Source: Heterodontus francisci
Taxonomy: Eukaryota
NCBI RefSeq assembly: GCF_036365525.1
Contig: NC_090387.1
Span: 89,383,691 to 89,447,690 of the forward strand
Direction: 5' to 3'
Length of the DNA: 64,000 nucleotides
This document shows positions 24,224 to 37,488 of this stretch, piece after piece. Every line of letters begins with the position of its first letter. Position 1 is the first letter of the stretch. A model generated the notes under the pieces. The model made no database searches, was not told the DNA's origin, and was given only the letters and a program-made list of their open reading frames with translations. The position numbers and the translations under genes are program-made.

Positions 24224-26859
24224 ACTCTAGTTCAGTTACTGGTCAATGTTAGCTCCCAGCATGTTGAAAGTGGCTGTTTCAGCTATCATTACGTCATTGA
24301 ATGTCAAGGGGTGATGGTTAGATTCTCTCTTGTTGGAGATCATCATTGCCTGGCACTTTTGTTGGCGTGATTATTACTTGCCACTTCTAAACAAAAGCCT
24401 TGATATTGCCCAGGTCTTGCTGCATTTCTAGACAGATTGCTTCAATATCTGAGGAGTCATGAATGGTGCTGAACTTTGTTCAATCATCAGGTAACATCCC
24501 CACTTGTGACCGTATGATTGAAGAAAGGTCAGTGATGAAGCAGCTGAAGATGCTTGGGCCTGGGACACTACCCAGAGGAACTCCTGCAGTGATTTCTTGG
24601 AGCTGAGGTGATTGACCTCCAACAACCACAACCATCTTCATTTCTGCTAGGTATGATTCCAACCAGCACAGTGTTTTCCCCCCTGATTCCCATTGTCTCC
24701 GGTTTTGCTCGTGCTTCTTGATGCCAATCCCGGTAAAATGCTGCCTTCATATCAAGGACAGTTACTCTCAGCTCATCTCTTGAGTTCAGCTCTTTTGTCC
24801 ATGAACCAAGGCTGCAATGAGTTCGGGAGCTGAGTGGCCTGGCAGAATGCAAACTGAACATCAGTGAGCAGGTTTTGCTAAGCAACTACCACTTAATAGC
24901 ACTGTCGATGACACCTTCCATCACTTTACTGATGATAGAGAGTGAACTTAATGGAAGTAATTAGCCGGGTTGTATTTGTTCTGCTTTTCATGTACATGAT
25001 ATGCCTGGACAATATTCTGCATTGCTGGGTAGATGCCAATGTTGTCGGTTTACTGGAACAGCTTGACGAAGGATGCGGCAAGTTCTGGATTTCAGTACTA
25101 TTGCCAGAATATTGTCTGTCCCCATAGCCTTTGCAGTATCCACTGCCTTCAGTCATTTCTTGATATCATGTGGAGTGAATTGAATTGGCTGATGACTGGC
25201 ATCTGTGATGCTGGTGTCTTCAGGAGGAGGCCGAGATGGAGCATCAACTCGACACTTCTGGCTAAAGATTATAGCAAATGCTTCAGCCTTATCTTTCACA
25301 CTGATGTGCTGGACTCCCCCATCATTGAGGATGGGGATATTTATGGAGCCAGCTCCTCCAGTTAGTTGTTTAATTGTCCATCACAATTCATGACTGGATG
25401 TGGCAGGACTGCCGAGCTTAGATCTGATCTTTGGTTATGGGATAGCTTAGCTCTGTTGATCGTATGCTGCTTATGTAGTTTTGTACTCATGTAGTCCTGG
25501 CTTGTAGCTTCACCAGGTTGACACCTCATTTTGAGGTATGCCTTGTGCTGCGCCTGGCATGTCCTCCTGCACTCCTCATTGAACCAGGGTCGGTGTCCTG
25601 ACATGATGGTAATGGTGGAGTTGGGGATATGCCGAGCCGTGAGGTTACAGATTGTGGTTGAGTACAATTCTGCTGATGATGATGATCCACAGCGCCTCGT
25701 GGATGCCCAGTTTTGCATTGCTAGATGTGTTCGAAATCTATCCCATTTAGCACAGTGATAGTGCCACACAACACGATGGAGGGTATCCTTAAAGTGAAGG
25801 GGAGGACTTCGTCTCCACAAAAACTGTGCAGTGGTCACTCCTACCAATACTGTCATGGACAGATGCATCTGCGGCAGGCAGATTGGTGAGGATGAGGTCA
25901 AGTATATTTTCTCCTCTTGTTTCTTTCCTCACCACCTGCCGCATACCCTTTCTAGCAGCGATGTCCTTTAGGAATCGGCCAGTTTGGTCAGTAGTGGTGC
26001 TACCGAGCCATGCTTGGTAATGGACTTTGAAGTCCCCAACCCAGACTACATTCTGAGCCCATGCTTCCCCCAATTGGTGTTCAACATGGAGGAGTACTGA
26101 CTCATCAGCTGAGGAAGGCTGGTAGGTAATAATCAGCAGGAGGTTTCCTTGCCCATGTTTGACCTGATGCCACGTGACTTCAGGGGGTCTGGTGTCGATG
26201 TTGAGGACTACCACGGCAACTCCCTTTCGACTGTATATCACTGTGCTGTCACCTCAGCTGGGTCTGTCCTGCTGGTGGGACAGGAGATACCCAGGGATGA
26301 TTATGGCAGTGTCTGGGACATTGTCTGGAAGGTATGATTCCGTGAGTGTGACTACGTCAGACTGTTGCATGACCAGTCTGTGGGAAAGCTCTCCTAACTT
26401 TGCCACAAGCTCCCAGATGTTAGTATGGGAGGACTTTGCAGGGTCGACAGGGCTCGGTTTGCCATTGTTGTTTCTGGTGCCTGGGTCGATGCCCAGTTGT
26501 TCAACTGGTTTCATCCTTTTTTATTGTCTTACCAGAGGTTAGATACAACTGAGTGGCTCGTTCAGCCATTTCGGAGGGCATGTAAGAATCAACTACATTG
26601 TTTTGGGTCTGGAGCCACATGTGAGCCCGACCAGATAAGGACAGCAGGTTTCCTTTCCTAAAGGATATTTATGAACCAGACGGGTTTTTACAACAATCGA
26701 CTATGGTTTCATGACCATCACTAAATTAGTTTTTAATTCCAGATTTATTAATTGAATTCAAATTCCACCTTCTGCTGCGGTGGGATTCGAATCCATGTCT
26801 CCAGAGAGACCCTGGGTCTCTGGTCCAGTGACAATACCAATACGCCAGCGCCTCGCCCT

Positions 26860-28255
26860 TAATTATATAGCACCTTTAACGTAATAAATGTTCCGAGAAA
26901 CATCACAAGAAATGTATCAAACAAAATTTGACACTGAGCCACATCAGGCGAAATTAGGGCAGGTGGCAAAAAACATAATCAAAGAGATAAATTTTAAGAA
27001 GCGTCTCAAATGAGGAAAGAGAGGTCGAGAGGCGGAGATGTTAAGGGAGGAAATTCTCGTGCTTAGGGGCTAGGCAGCTTAAGGCCACCAATGATGGAGA
27101 ATCAATAAGAGGCCAGAATTAGAAAAGTGTAGGTATCTCGAAGGGTTGTGGGTCTGCAGAAGATTACAGAGATGGGGAAGGGCGTGGCCTTAACGGTGTT
27201 TGAAAATAAGGATGAGAATTTTAAAACTTAGGCATTGCTTTACCAGGAAGCAATGTGGGTCAGACAGCACAATGGTGATGGATGAATTGGATGTGGTATG
27301 AGTAATGGCACAGGCAGAGGAGTTCTGGATGACCTCAAGTTTACAGAGAGTGGAATGTGGTAGACTAGCCAGAAGCACATTGTAATTGTCAAATCTAGAG
27401 CAGTGTTCTAAAGAGGTCCACAAGGGTTCTCCAGGTGGTCAGGTGGATAGGCCATAATATAAGTCAATGATGTACAATGCCACAGCTGAGGCCATAGGCG
27501 AGAACAGGCCAGAACCATCATCCCCACAACCTGCTTGACATTGCACAAACAAGACTGGCTTTCCTGTGCCCTGCACGTATTGTCACAAGTGCGAGCAACA
27601 ACAATATAGTTTTATAAGCCAGATTTATGCTACCGTTGCAACATACAACTGTCATAGCAGATTTTCAAAACTTGTGGGGCTGCAAACAAAGAAAAGGAAA
27701 GGGCTGAACGTGAAGCCTGACATGAGACTGAAACCTCTCCAGTTTGGAATCAGATGTCACCTCATTGGTGTATTAGCAAATGCAGGGCCATGCTTTCCTT
27801 AATTCTGATGATATTTTTTGAGTGGCAAGCAAAAGCAGGTGGGATAGGATCTTTTTCCCTGCATAAGTGGTATATGGATGACCAAGTTTGCAAACTACTG
27901 GTCTAGAGGGAACAAAGGCACTTCTGAGGGTTTCAGCAGCAGCTGAACTGAGATAGGGACAGAGATGGCAATGTTATGGGAATAAGCAGTCTTAGTGATG
28001 CCGCAGATATCTGGTCAAATGCTCCTCTCAGGGTTGAATCTAACACCACGTTTGTGAGCCATCTGGCTCAGCCTCAGAGATTTACCAGGGAGAGTGATGA
28101 AGTTGCCAACTAGAGAATGCAGTTTACAACAGGAACCGAAAACAATGGCTTTGCTCCACCAAATATTTAATTCAAGGAAATTTCTGCTCATGTGGTACTG
28201 GATGTCGGACGAGCACTCTGATATTTTAGTGAAAATGGAGGAGTAGATAGAAAGG
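26860..28255 (-). mobile_element. L2 LINE remnant in the palindrome spacer
   Basis: SRFDNYNVLLASLP..KLEVIQNSSA..FKILILIFK (L2 RT C-terminus) and L2 3' end aaaggtgctatataa. Confidence 0.75.
27401..27900 (+). mobile_element. hAT/Charlie non-autonomous element
   Basis: Ends CAGTGTT.../...ACTACTG; 8-bp TSD atctagag/gtctagag (Charlie NTCTAGAN target); transposase C-terminal relic ATYNCHSRFSKL..TKKRKGLNVKPDMRL. Confidence 0.85.
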
Positions 28256-28257
28256 CC

Positions 28258-29928
28258 ACTGAAGCATTTGCAACAATCTTCAGCTAAAAGTGCTGAATGG
28301 GTGATGCATCTCGGCTCCTCTTGAAGACACCAGCATCACAGATGTCAGTCTTTAGCCAATTCAATTCGCTCCACATGATATCAAGAAATGACTGAAGGCA
28401 GTGGATACTGCAAAGGCTATGGGGCCAGACAATAGTCTGGCAATAGTACTGAACTCCAGAGCTTGCTGCATTCTTAGCCAGTAAAGCTGCAACATTGGTA
28501 TCTACCCAACAATGTGGAAAATTGCCCAGGCATATCCTGTACATGAAAAGCAGAACAAATACAACCCGGCTAATTGCTTCCCATCAGTCCACTCTTTATC
28601 ATCAGTAAAGTGATGGAAGGTGTCGTCAACAGTGCTATTAAGCGGCAGCTGCTTAGCAACAACCTGCTCAGTGATGTTCAGTTTGTGTTCTGCCGGGGCC
28701 ACTCAACCCTTGACCTCATTACAGCCTTGGTTCATGGACAAAAGAGCTGAACTCAAGAGGTGAGCTGAGAGTAACTGTCCTTGATATGAAGGCAGCATTT
28801 GACTGAATATGGTATCAAGAAACACTAGCAAAACTGGAGTCAATGGGAATCAGGGGGAAATCACTCTGCTGGTTGGAGTCATATCTAGCACAAATGAAGA
28901 TGGTTGTGGTTGTTGGAGGTCAATCATCTCAGCTCCAGGAAATCACTGCAGGCATTCCTCTGGGTAGTGTCCTAGGCCCAACCAACTTCAGCTGCTTCAT
29001 CATTGACCTTTCTTCAATCATGCGGTCACAAGTGGGGATGTTACCTGATGATTGAACAAAGCTCAGTACCATTCATGACTCCTCAGTTATTGAAGCAATC
29101 TGTTTAGAAATGCAGCAAGACCTGGACAATATCCAGGCTTTTGCTGATATGTGGCAAGTAACATTCGTGCCACACAAGTGCCAGGCAATGACCATCTCCA
29201 ACAAGAGAGAATCTAACCATCACCCCTTGACATTCAATGGCATTATGATAGCTGAAACAGCCACTTTCAACATGCTGGGAGCTACCATTGACCGTAACTG
29301 AACTGGAGTAGCCATATAAATATCATGGCTACAAGAGCAGGTCAGAAGCTCGGAATCCTGTAGCGAATAACTCACCTCCTGACTCCCCAAAGCCTGTCCA
29401 CCATCCATAAGGCACATGTCAGGAGTGTGATGGAATACTCTCCAGTTGCCTGGTTGGGTGCAGCTCCAACAACATTCAATAAGCTCGACACCATCCGGGA
29501 CAAAGCAGCCTGCTTGATTGGCACCCCATCAATATTCACTCCCTCTACCACAGACGCACAGTGGCAGCAGTGTGTACTACAAGATGCAGTGCAGCATCGC
29601 ACCAAGGCTTCTTAGACAGCGCCTTCCAAACCAGCGACCTCTATCACCTCGAAGGACAAAGGCAGCAGATGCATGGGAACATCACCACCTGCAATTTCCA
29701 TTCCAAGCCACACACCATCCTGACTTGGAACTATATCGCCGTTCCTTCACTGTCACTGGGTCAAAATCCTGGAACTCCCTTCCTAACCGCACTGTGGGTG
29801 TACCTTCCTCACATTGTCTGCAGGAGTTCAGGAAGGCAGCTCACCATCGACTTGTCAAGGGCAATTAGGGATGGGCAATATGTGCCAGCTTAGCCAGTGA
29901 TGCCCACATTCCATGAACGAATAAGAAA
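28258..29928 (+). mobile_element. Second-family LINE, duplicated partner of 18085-25286, truncated at the duplication breakpoint
   Basis: Shares diagnostic variants (cctctgggtagt; cacaagtggggatgttacctgatga) with the left-arm copy but not with 18653-24223. Confidence 0.85.
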
Positions 29929-32617
29929 ATTGGTGGAGCAGGCTCCAGGGGCCCAGTAGTCTACTCCTGCTCCTAATTTTTATGTACATAATATTGCTCA
30001 CTTTTCACAGTGCAACTCATCAAACAACAGCTTGTGCCATGCAATGCATTTCACATCCGAATAACAGCACTACCTAATGAATAAAGGGGAACCAGTACTG
30101 TGTTTGGATTTACAGAAAGCATTTGATAATTGGAACATAGGGGCAGGGGAAGGCCATTCAGCCTATCGAGCCTGGCTGTCCATTCAATATGACCATGGCT
30201 GATCATCCACTTCAATGCCTTTTTCCCACACTATCCTCATATCCCCATACGTCATTTGTATTTAGAAATCTGTCAATCTCTGCTTTAAATATACTCAATG
30301 ACTGAGCTTCCAAAGCCCTCTGCGGTAGAGAATTCCAAAGATTCACAACCGTCTGAGTAAATAAATTTCTCCTCATCTCTGTCTGAAGTGGTTTCCACCT
30401 TATTTTGAAATTGTGTCCCCTGGTTCGTCACTCCCCAACCAGGGTAAACATCTTTGCTGCATCTACCCTGTCTATCGATTAAAGTACGTTGTTGGTTTCA
30501 ATGAGATCACCTTTCATTCTTCCAAAGTCTAGAGAATACAGGCCCAGGTTCCGCAATCTCTCTTCATAGGACAGTTCCGCCATCACAGGGACAAGTCTGG
30601 TGAACCTTTGTTGCACTCTGTCTATGGCAATAATGTCCTTCCTCTGACAATGGGACCAAAACTGCACCCAGTACTCCATGTGCGGTCTAGCCAAGGTTCT
30701 ATCCAATTGAGACAAGACTTCACTACTCCTGTACTCAGATCCTCTTGTGATAAAGGCTAACATACAATTAGCCTTATTAGTTGCTTGTTGCACCTGCATG
30801 TTAGCTTTCAGTGACTTATTGACAAGGACACCCAGGTCCCTTTGCACATCTGTACTTTATAATCTCTTATCTGCACATCTGTACCTCCCACCAAATTGGA
30901 AAGCATCACATTTTTCCACATTATATTCCATCTGCCATGTTTTTGCCCACTCACTGAGTCGCTCCAAATCCCCTGAAGCTGCTTTTATTCTTTCTCACAG
31001 CACACATTCCCACCTAGTTGTGTATCATCCAAGTACTGGGAAATGCTACATTTGGTCCCCACATCCAAATCATTGATCTATATTGTAAACAGCTGGGGCC
31101 AAAGCACGGGTCTTCACGGTACCCCACTAGTCACAGCCTGCCAATGCGATAATGACCCATTTATTCTTACTTTTTGCTTTCTTCCTTTTAACCAATCCTT
31201 AATCCATGCCAGTATATTACCTCCTATCCCATGTGCATTAATATTGCTAACCAACCTCCTGTGGGAGACTTTATCAGAAGCCTTCTCAAAATCCAAGTAT
31301 ACCACGTAAACAAAGTACATAAAAGGTAACCAAAATAAGAGCTCATGGCGTTGGGGATAACAGTGGCATGGAATGAGGATTGGGTAACAGGAAACAGAGA
31401 TTGGGACAAATGGGTCATTTTTAGGCTAGTAAACTGTAACCTGTAGGGTGCCACAGGGATCTTTGCGAGAGCCTCAACAACTTCCAATCCATTTTAATGA
31501 CTTGGATGTAGGTACCGAGTGTATTGCAGCCAAATTTGCTGACAGTACAAAGATAGGTAGGAAAGGAAGCTGTGGTGAGGACACAGGGTGGCTGCAAAGG
31601 AATTTAGATAGGATATGTGGGCAAAAGATTGAAGATGGAATATAACTTTGGATAATGTGACGGTGTCCGCTTTGGCAGGAAGAATAGAAAAAGCAGAATA
31701 TTATTTAAATTGAGAGATGTCAGAATGGTTGTTCTCATACATGAATCACACAAAGCTAGCATGCAGGTATAGCATTAATTAGGAAAATAAATGGAATGTT
31801 GGCCTTAATTTCAAGAAGGCTGGAGTATATAAGTAGGGAGGTCTTGTTACATCTGTACAGGGCATTTTTTGAGACTGCGCCTAGAGTACTGTGAACAGTT
31901 TTGGTCCCCTTATTTAAGGAGGGATATGCTTGCATTGGAGGCAGTTCAGAGAAGGTCCACTCGGCTGATTTCTGTGATGAAGGGGTTGCCTTATGAGGAA
32001 ATCTTGATCAGGTAGAGCTTATACTCATTGCAATTTAGAAGAAGGAGTGGGGCTATTATTGCGACATATCGGATTCTGAGGGGGCCTGATCAGGTAGATG
32101 CTGAGAGAATGTTTCCCCTCATGACGGAATTTGGAACTGGTGGACATAGCTTCAAAATAAGGGGTCTCCCATTTAAGGCAGAGATAAGGAGGAATTTCCT
32201 CTCTCAGAGGGTCATTTTCTTTGGAATTCTCTCCCCCAGGGAGCAGTGGAGGTTGGGTCATTGAATATGTTCAAGGCTGAGCTTTATAGGTATTTGATCT
32301 ACAAGTGAATAGGGGCCAGGCAGGGAGTTAAGGCCACAATTGGATCAGCCTGGACTTAATTGAATGTGAAAGCAGGTTTGAGGAACCAAAAGACCTATTT
32401 CTACGTATATTTCTTACGTTCTCATGCTCACCAAACATACTTTGTATATGTTTATGTTTATAAAAATCTGGAACTTTAAGCTTACAATAGCTGCAATATG
32501 AAGATGTAACAGGAAGGAATCTGATATGCATTTATTTTACCAGCACATAATCTTACAATTGGATTTATTATATAATACAAGTGAATAAAATACGAAAGAC
32601 AACAGTCTATAACCACA

Positions 32618-35603
32618 GGGTAGGGACCCAGAAGAACCAAGACAGCATGGAGTGGACTTTGCCATCAGAAACTCTTTGCTCAGCATGATAGAGTCACCTA
32701 CAACAGGCACGGAATGCATACTGTCCATCCAACTGCTCACCGCCTCTGGTCCAGTAGACCTACGCAGCATCTATGCTCCACACTTTTCTCCCCCCCTGAA
32801 GTTAAAGACCAGTTCTACAAGGAACTCCATAATATCATTAGTAGCATTCCTCATACCAAACATTTGATCCTGCTGGGGGACTTTAACGGCAGAATCGGGG
32901 CTGACTCAACTCATGCCTCTCCTGCCTCAGGCACTATTGCATTGGAAGGATGAATGACAATAGACAGAGACTGCTGGAATTGTGTACCTACCACAACCTC
33001 TGCATCACCAACTCGTTCTTTCAAACTAAACCCTGTCACCAGCTTTCATGGAGACACCCAAGATCACGTCATTGGCACCAGCTGGACCTCATCGTCACAA
33101 GGCGAGCCTCCATAAACAGTGTTCAAATCACACGTAGCGTCCACAGTGTGGACTGCAACACCGACCACTCCCTGGTGTGCAGCAAAGTTAAACTCAAACC
33201 AAAGAAGTTGCATCACTCCAAGCAGAATGGCCGCCCGCGCATCAACACTAACAGAATTTCTTACCCACAGCTGTCACAAAAGTTTCTCAATTTGCTTGAA
33301 AAAGCCCTTCAAAACACTACTTCAAGGGATGCAGAGACCAAGTGGGCCCACATCAGAGACGCCATCTATGACTCAGTAATAACCACCTTTGGCAAACGTG
33401 AGAAGCAGAATACAGACTGGTTTCAATCTCACTTTGCAGAGATGGAACCAGTCATAGTCACCAAGCGCACTGCACTGCTGAACTACAAGAAAGCCCCCAA
33501 TGAGTTAACATTCTTAGCACTTAAAGCCGGGAGAAGCACCACGCAAAGAACAGCCAGGCGCTGTTCAAATGACTGCTGGCAACACCTATGCAGTCGTATT
33601 CAGCCGGCCTCCGACACCGGAAACATCAGAGGAATGTATGACGGCGTTAACAGAGCCTTTGGGCCAACCGTCAAGAAGATTGCCCCCTCAAGTCTAAGTC
33701 AAGGAAAACGATCACTGACCCAAGCAAGCAAATGGACCACTCGTGGAGCACTGCCTAGAATTGTACTCCAGAGACAATGATGCCATTGATACCACCCTCA
33801 ATGCAGCCCAGTCTCTGCCAGTCATGGACGAGCTGGACGAACAGCCACAAAATCGAAGGTCAGTAATGCCATTGATTCTCAACCAGCATAAAAGCACCTG
33901 AAAAGGATGGCAATACCCCTGAGATAATCAAGTGTGCCAAGCCTGCTATACTCTCAGCACTCCATGAACTGCTTTTCCTGTGCTGGGATGAGAGAGCAGT
34001 ACCACAGGACATGCATGATGCCAATATCATCACCCTCTGTAAAACAAGGTTGATCGCGGTGACTGCAGCAACTACCATGGAATCTCCCGGCTCAACATAG
34101 TGGGGAAAGCCTTCGCTTGAGTCATTTTAAACAGGCTCCAGAAGCTGGCTGAGCGTGTCTACCCTGAGGCTCAGTGCGGCTTTCGAGCAGAGAGATCCAC
34201 TATTGATATGCTTTTCTCCCTTCGCCAGCTACAGGGGAAATGCTGCAATCAACGGATGCCACTTTATGCTGCCTTCAGAGATCTCACCAAAACCTTTGAC
34301 CTCGTCAGCAGACGTGGTCTCTTTGGGATGTCCACCAAAGTTACTAAGCATCATCACCTCATTCCATGACAATATGAAAGGTATAATTCAGCATAAATGT
34401 GCATCATCAGACTCCTTTCCCACCCTGAGTGGCGTGAAGCAGGGTTGTGTGCTCGCACTCACGTTGTTTGGGAACTTCTTCTCACTGCTGCTCGCTCCTG
34501 CGTTTAAGTCTTCAGAAGAAGGAATTTTCCTCCACACAAGATCAGATATCAGGTTGTTCCAAGTTGCCCATATTAGAGCAAAGACCAAAGTACGGAAAGT
34601 CCTCATCAGGGATCTCCTCTTTGCTGAAGATGCTGCATTATCATCTCACATGGAAGGATGTCTGCAGAGACTCATCGACAGGCTTGCGGCTGCCGCAATG
34701 AATTTGGCCTAACCATCAGTTTCAAGAAAACGAACATCATGGAACAGGATGTCAAAAATGCTCCCTCCACCAATATCGGTGACCACACTCTGGAAGTGGT
34801 TCTGGAGTTCACCTACCTGGGCTCAACCATTACCAGCAACCTGTCTCTCGATGCAGAAATCAACAAGCGTGTGGGAAACGTGTCTGTTGCTATGTCCAGA
34901 CTGGCCAAGAGGGTGTAGGAAAAGGGCGCACTGACACAGAACACAAAAGTCCAAGTGTTTCAAGCCTGTGTCCTCAATACCTTGCTCTATGGCAGCAAGG
35001 CCTGGACAACGTATGCCAGCCAAGAGCGACGTCTCAACGCATTCCATCTTCACTGTCTCCGAAGAATCCTTGGAACTTGGTGGCAGGGCTGTATCTCCAA
35101 CGCAGAATTCCTCGAGGCAGCCAACTTCCCCAGCATGTATGCCCTACTGAACCAATGGCGCTTTGAGATGGCTTGGCCATCTGAGCCACATGGAAGATGA
35201 CAGGATCCCCAAGGACGTATTGTACAGCGAGCTCGTCACTGGTATCAGTCCCACTGGCCATCCATTATTTCTTGTGACATTGACCACAAGTCGTGGGAGC
35301 CAGTTGCCAGCAATCGCCAGAGCTGGCGGACAGCTATCAAGGCGGGGCTAAAAAGAGGCGGGTCAAAGAGACTCAGCAGTTGGCAGGAAAAGAGACATCA
35401 GTGTAAGGAGAGAGCCAACTGTGTAACAGCCCCGACAACCAACTTTGCCTGCAGCGCCTGTGGAAGAGTCTGTCACTCTAGAATTGGCCATTATAGCCAC
35501 TCCAGGCGCTGCTCCAGAAACCACTGGCCACCTCTAGGCGCTTACCCATTGTCTGCCGAGACAAGGAGGCCAAAAGGAAGGAAAGGGAAAAGGAAGGAAA
35601 TAA
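32618..35603 (+). mobile_element. RTE-clade LINE, duplicated partner of 12376-15385
   Basis: Same motifs (276-aa ORF at 32950); same TSD 32594-32617/35604-35627. Confidence 0.92.
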
Positions 35604-37320
35604 GAAAGACAACAGTCTATAACCACATTCAATCGTGTTATTGTTTTTTTTTCAAACCTGGACATTAACACTCGAATAAAAGTAATACACTGAAATTAGG
35701 TTACAGCTAGCTGGATGATAACAACGTTGCAAAAGTCAAGGACTGGTTAAAAAAAAGCAATTGCCCACTGAAGCTCTTCATCCCAATACCACAATCTCCC
35801 ATTCAAGAATCCTGACACATTTACAATGCACCAAACAGTTTAGATTCTGAAGTCTCTTTTGAAGAATTATTGCAACTTCTGAGTAGCAACAAACAACTTT
35901 AAAATACCTGTTTTTTAAGGGAACTAGCTTTCCTTCTATAGTGATTTTTTTGTCCTCTGGTACTATTTTATGGATTTACTTTTCAATTCTGCGTTCACCT
36001 ATTTGCAGAATATTAAGTAGCACTGTTCAGCTGAATGCAGATTTGAAGAGCAAATCCAGGAAGTAGTACGACTGGAGAAAACAGAACTAAGCAAGTAAAA
36101 TAGTTTGTTCTCCAGTACTACTTTCTGGATTTACTTTAAATTCCGTATTCATCTTATCAGTACTGTACAATCTTTTATAGATCACAGTAAGTTCATAAAT
36201 TAACGACTTTCCACTTGTGTAGCTGGGCTTGACCTTCTCCATCAGTGGCCCTCTTGGCTCAGCAGTACCACTCTCTTCTCTGAATCGTAAGGTTAGTGCT
36301 TTGAAGACTTGAGCTCATAATCTACTCTGACATGTTGATGCAGCACTGTGGGATGTTGCACTGTCTTAGGGAGGAGGCATTAAATCAAATTCCCGTCTGG
36401 CCACTCATGGTAAAAGAACCCATGGTACTATTTGCAGAAGAACAGCAAATTTCTCCTGGTGTCCTGGCCATAGTTATCCCTGAACCATCAACACTAAAAC
36501 AGTTATCTAATCATCCATTTTAATTATTGTTTGTGGGAACATGCTGTGTTGTTGCTGCCTGTCCCAATTATCCTCCCTGATAATGGTGACTACCCTTGAA
36601 AAGCCCTTCAGTGACTATGAAATGGTTTCGGAGGAGCTGAATTCGCAGAAATTGTAATATAAATGTTGTTTCATTATTTGTTTCTTTATAGCTTATTCAT
36701 TGTTCATTGCTACTAATTTTGTTTCACCCCAATGCAATCGCTAAAGCCAAGATTCAATATAAAAGAAAATCAAACGGAAATCAGAACCTGTGGCCAATCC
36801 CCTACCGTCCGTTTTGCACTACCGTCCAAGTCGAATTTATACCCCGGAAAATTATATCCCCGTTTCTATTAATTTTCAAATAACTCGGTTATTGGTACGT
36901 GACCGATCACAGTGCTCTGATTTAGGATGTATTGGTCAATCGGGAAACAACTGTCAACCCAACCCTTTCAAAAGATGCGTAAAATTGAAACACCATTGAC
37001 AGTAAATACTAAATACAACTGTGAAGCCGAATCAGTTCACTGGCCTTGGACGTTTGGGACCTGTTGGAGCAGAATTTGACCATCGTGTCAGTGAATTTCT
37101 ACAATCTATGTCATTCGCAACGTCTTAATTAAAGTGAAGGAGACAATCATACAGGAGCCACTGCTTCTAAATACTTATTAATTATCGACTGCTATTAAAC
37201 TGGCAATCTCCACCCTTCCCCTCAAATCGTTGTTATTAATTTCTCATGTTGTTGTTAGGATAATGTTGCTGCAGTTAGATCTACACACATAAAAAACGGG
37301 TTCCGCATTGGACACAAATA

Positions 37321-37488
37321 TCACGTGGCTTTCGGTTCGGTGGAAATCACGTCTGCTCTTTGTTTTTCAATCCGTAGCTGAGCATACTCCGTGCTCTTAT
37401 CCTTATAATTAGGCTTTGATGTTTTCTTTGACCCTGCCATAGATACAGCAGCGTAAGTCAGCTTATTATCAGGTGTCCTTTGCTTGGT
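37321..37488 (-). CDS. Copy B terminal exon with ITIM LTYAAV and ITSM-like TEYAQL
   Basis: ttcacag| acceptor, phase 0; TKQRTPDNKLTYAAVSMAGSKKTSKPNYKDKSTEYAQLRIEKQRADVISTEPKAT*. Confidence 0.88.
   Translation of the reverse strand, partial: TKQRTPDNKLTYAAVSMAGSKKTSKPNYKDKSTEYAQLRIEKQRADVISTEPKAT

Larger units (their letters stand above)
1..25286 (+). repeat. Left arm of inverted segmental duplication (continues upstream of window)
   Basis: Colinear reverse complement of ~28258-49110 including exons, introns and shared TE insertions (e.g. 1-70 vs 49030-49110; 24225-25286 vs 28258-29310). Confidence 0.92.
18085..26858 (-). mobile_element. CR1-group LINE of a second family, split (3' end 18085-18534; body 24225-26858) by a 5.7-kb nested insertion
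   Basis: APE motifs VWVGDFKVH, TRGENILDLILTNLP, SDHCTV; RT motifs DMKAAF, AGVPLGSV; conserved 3' tail. Confidence 0.85.
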
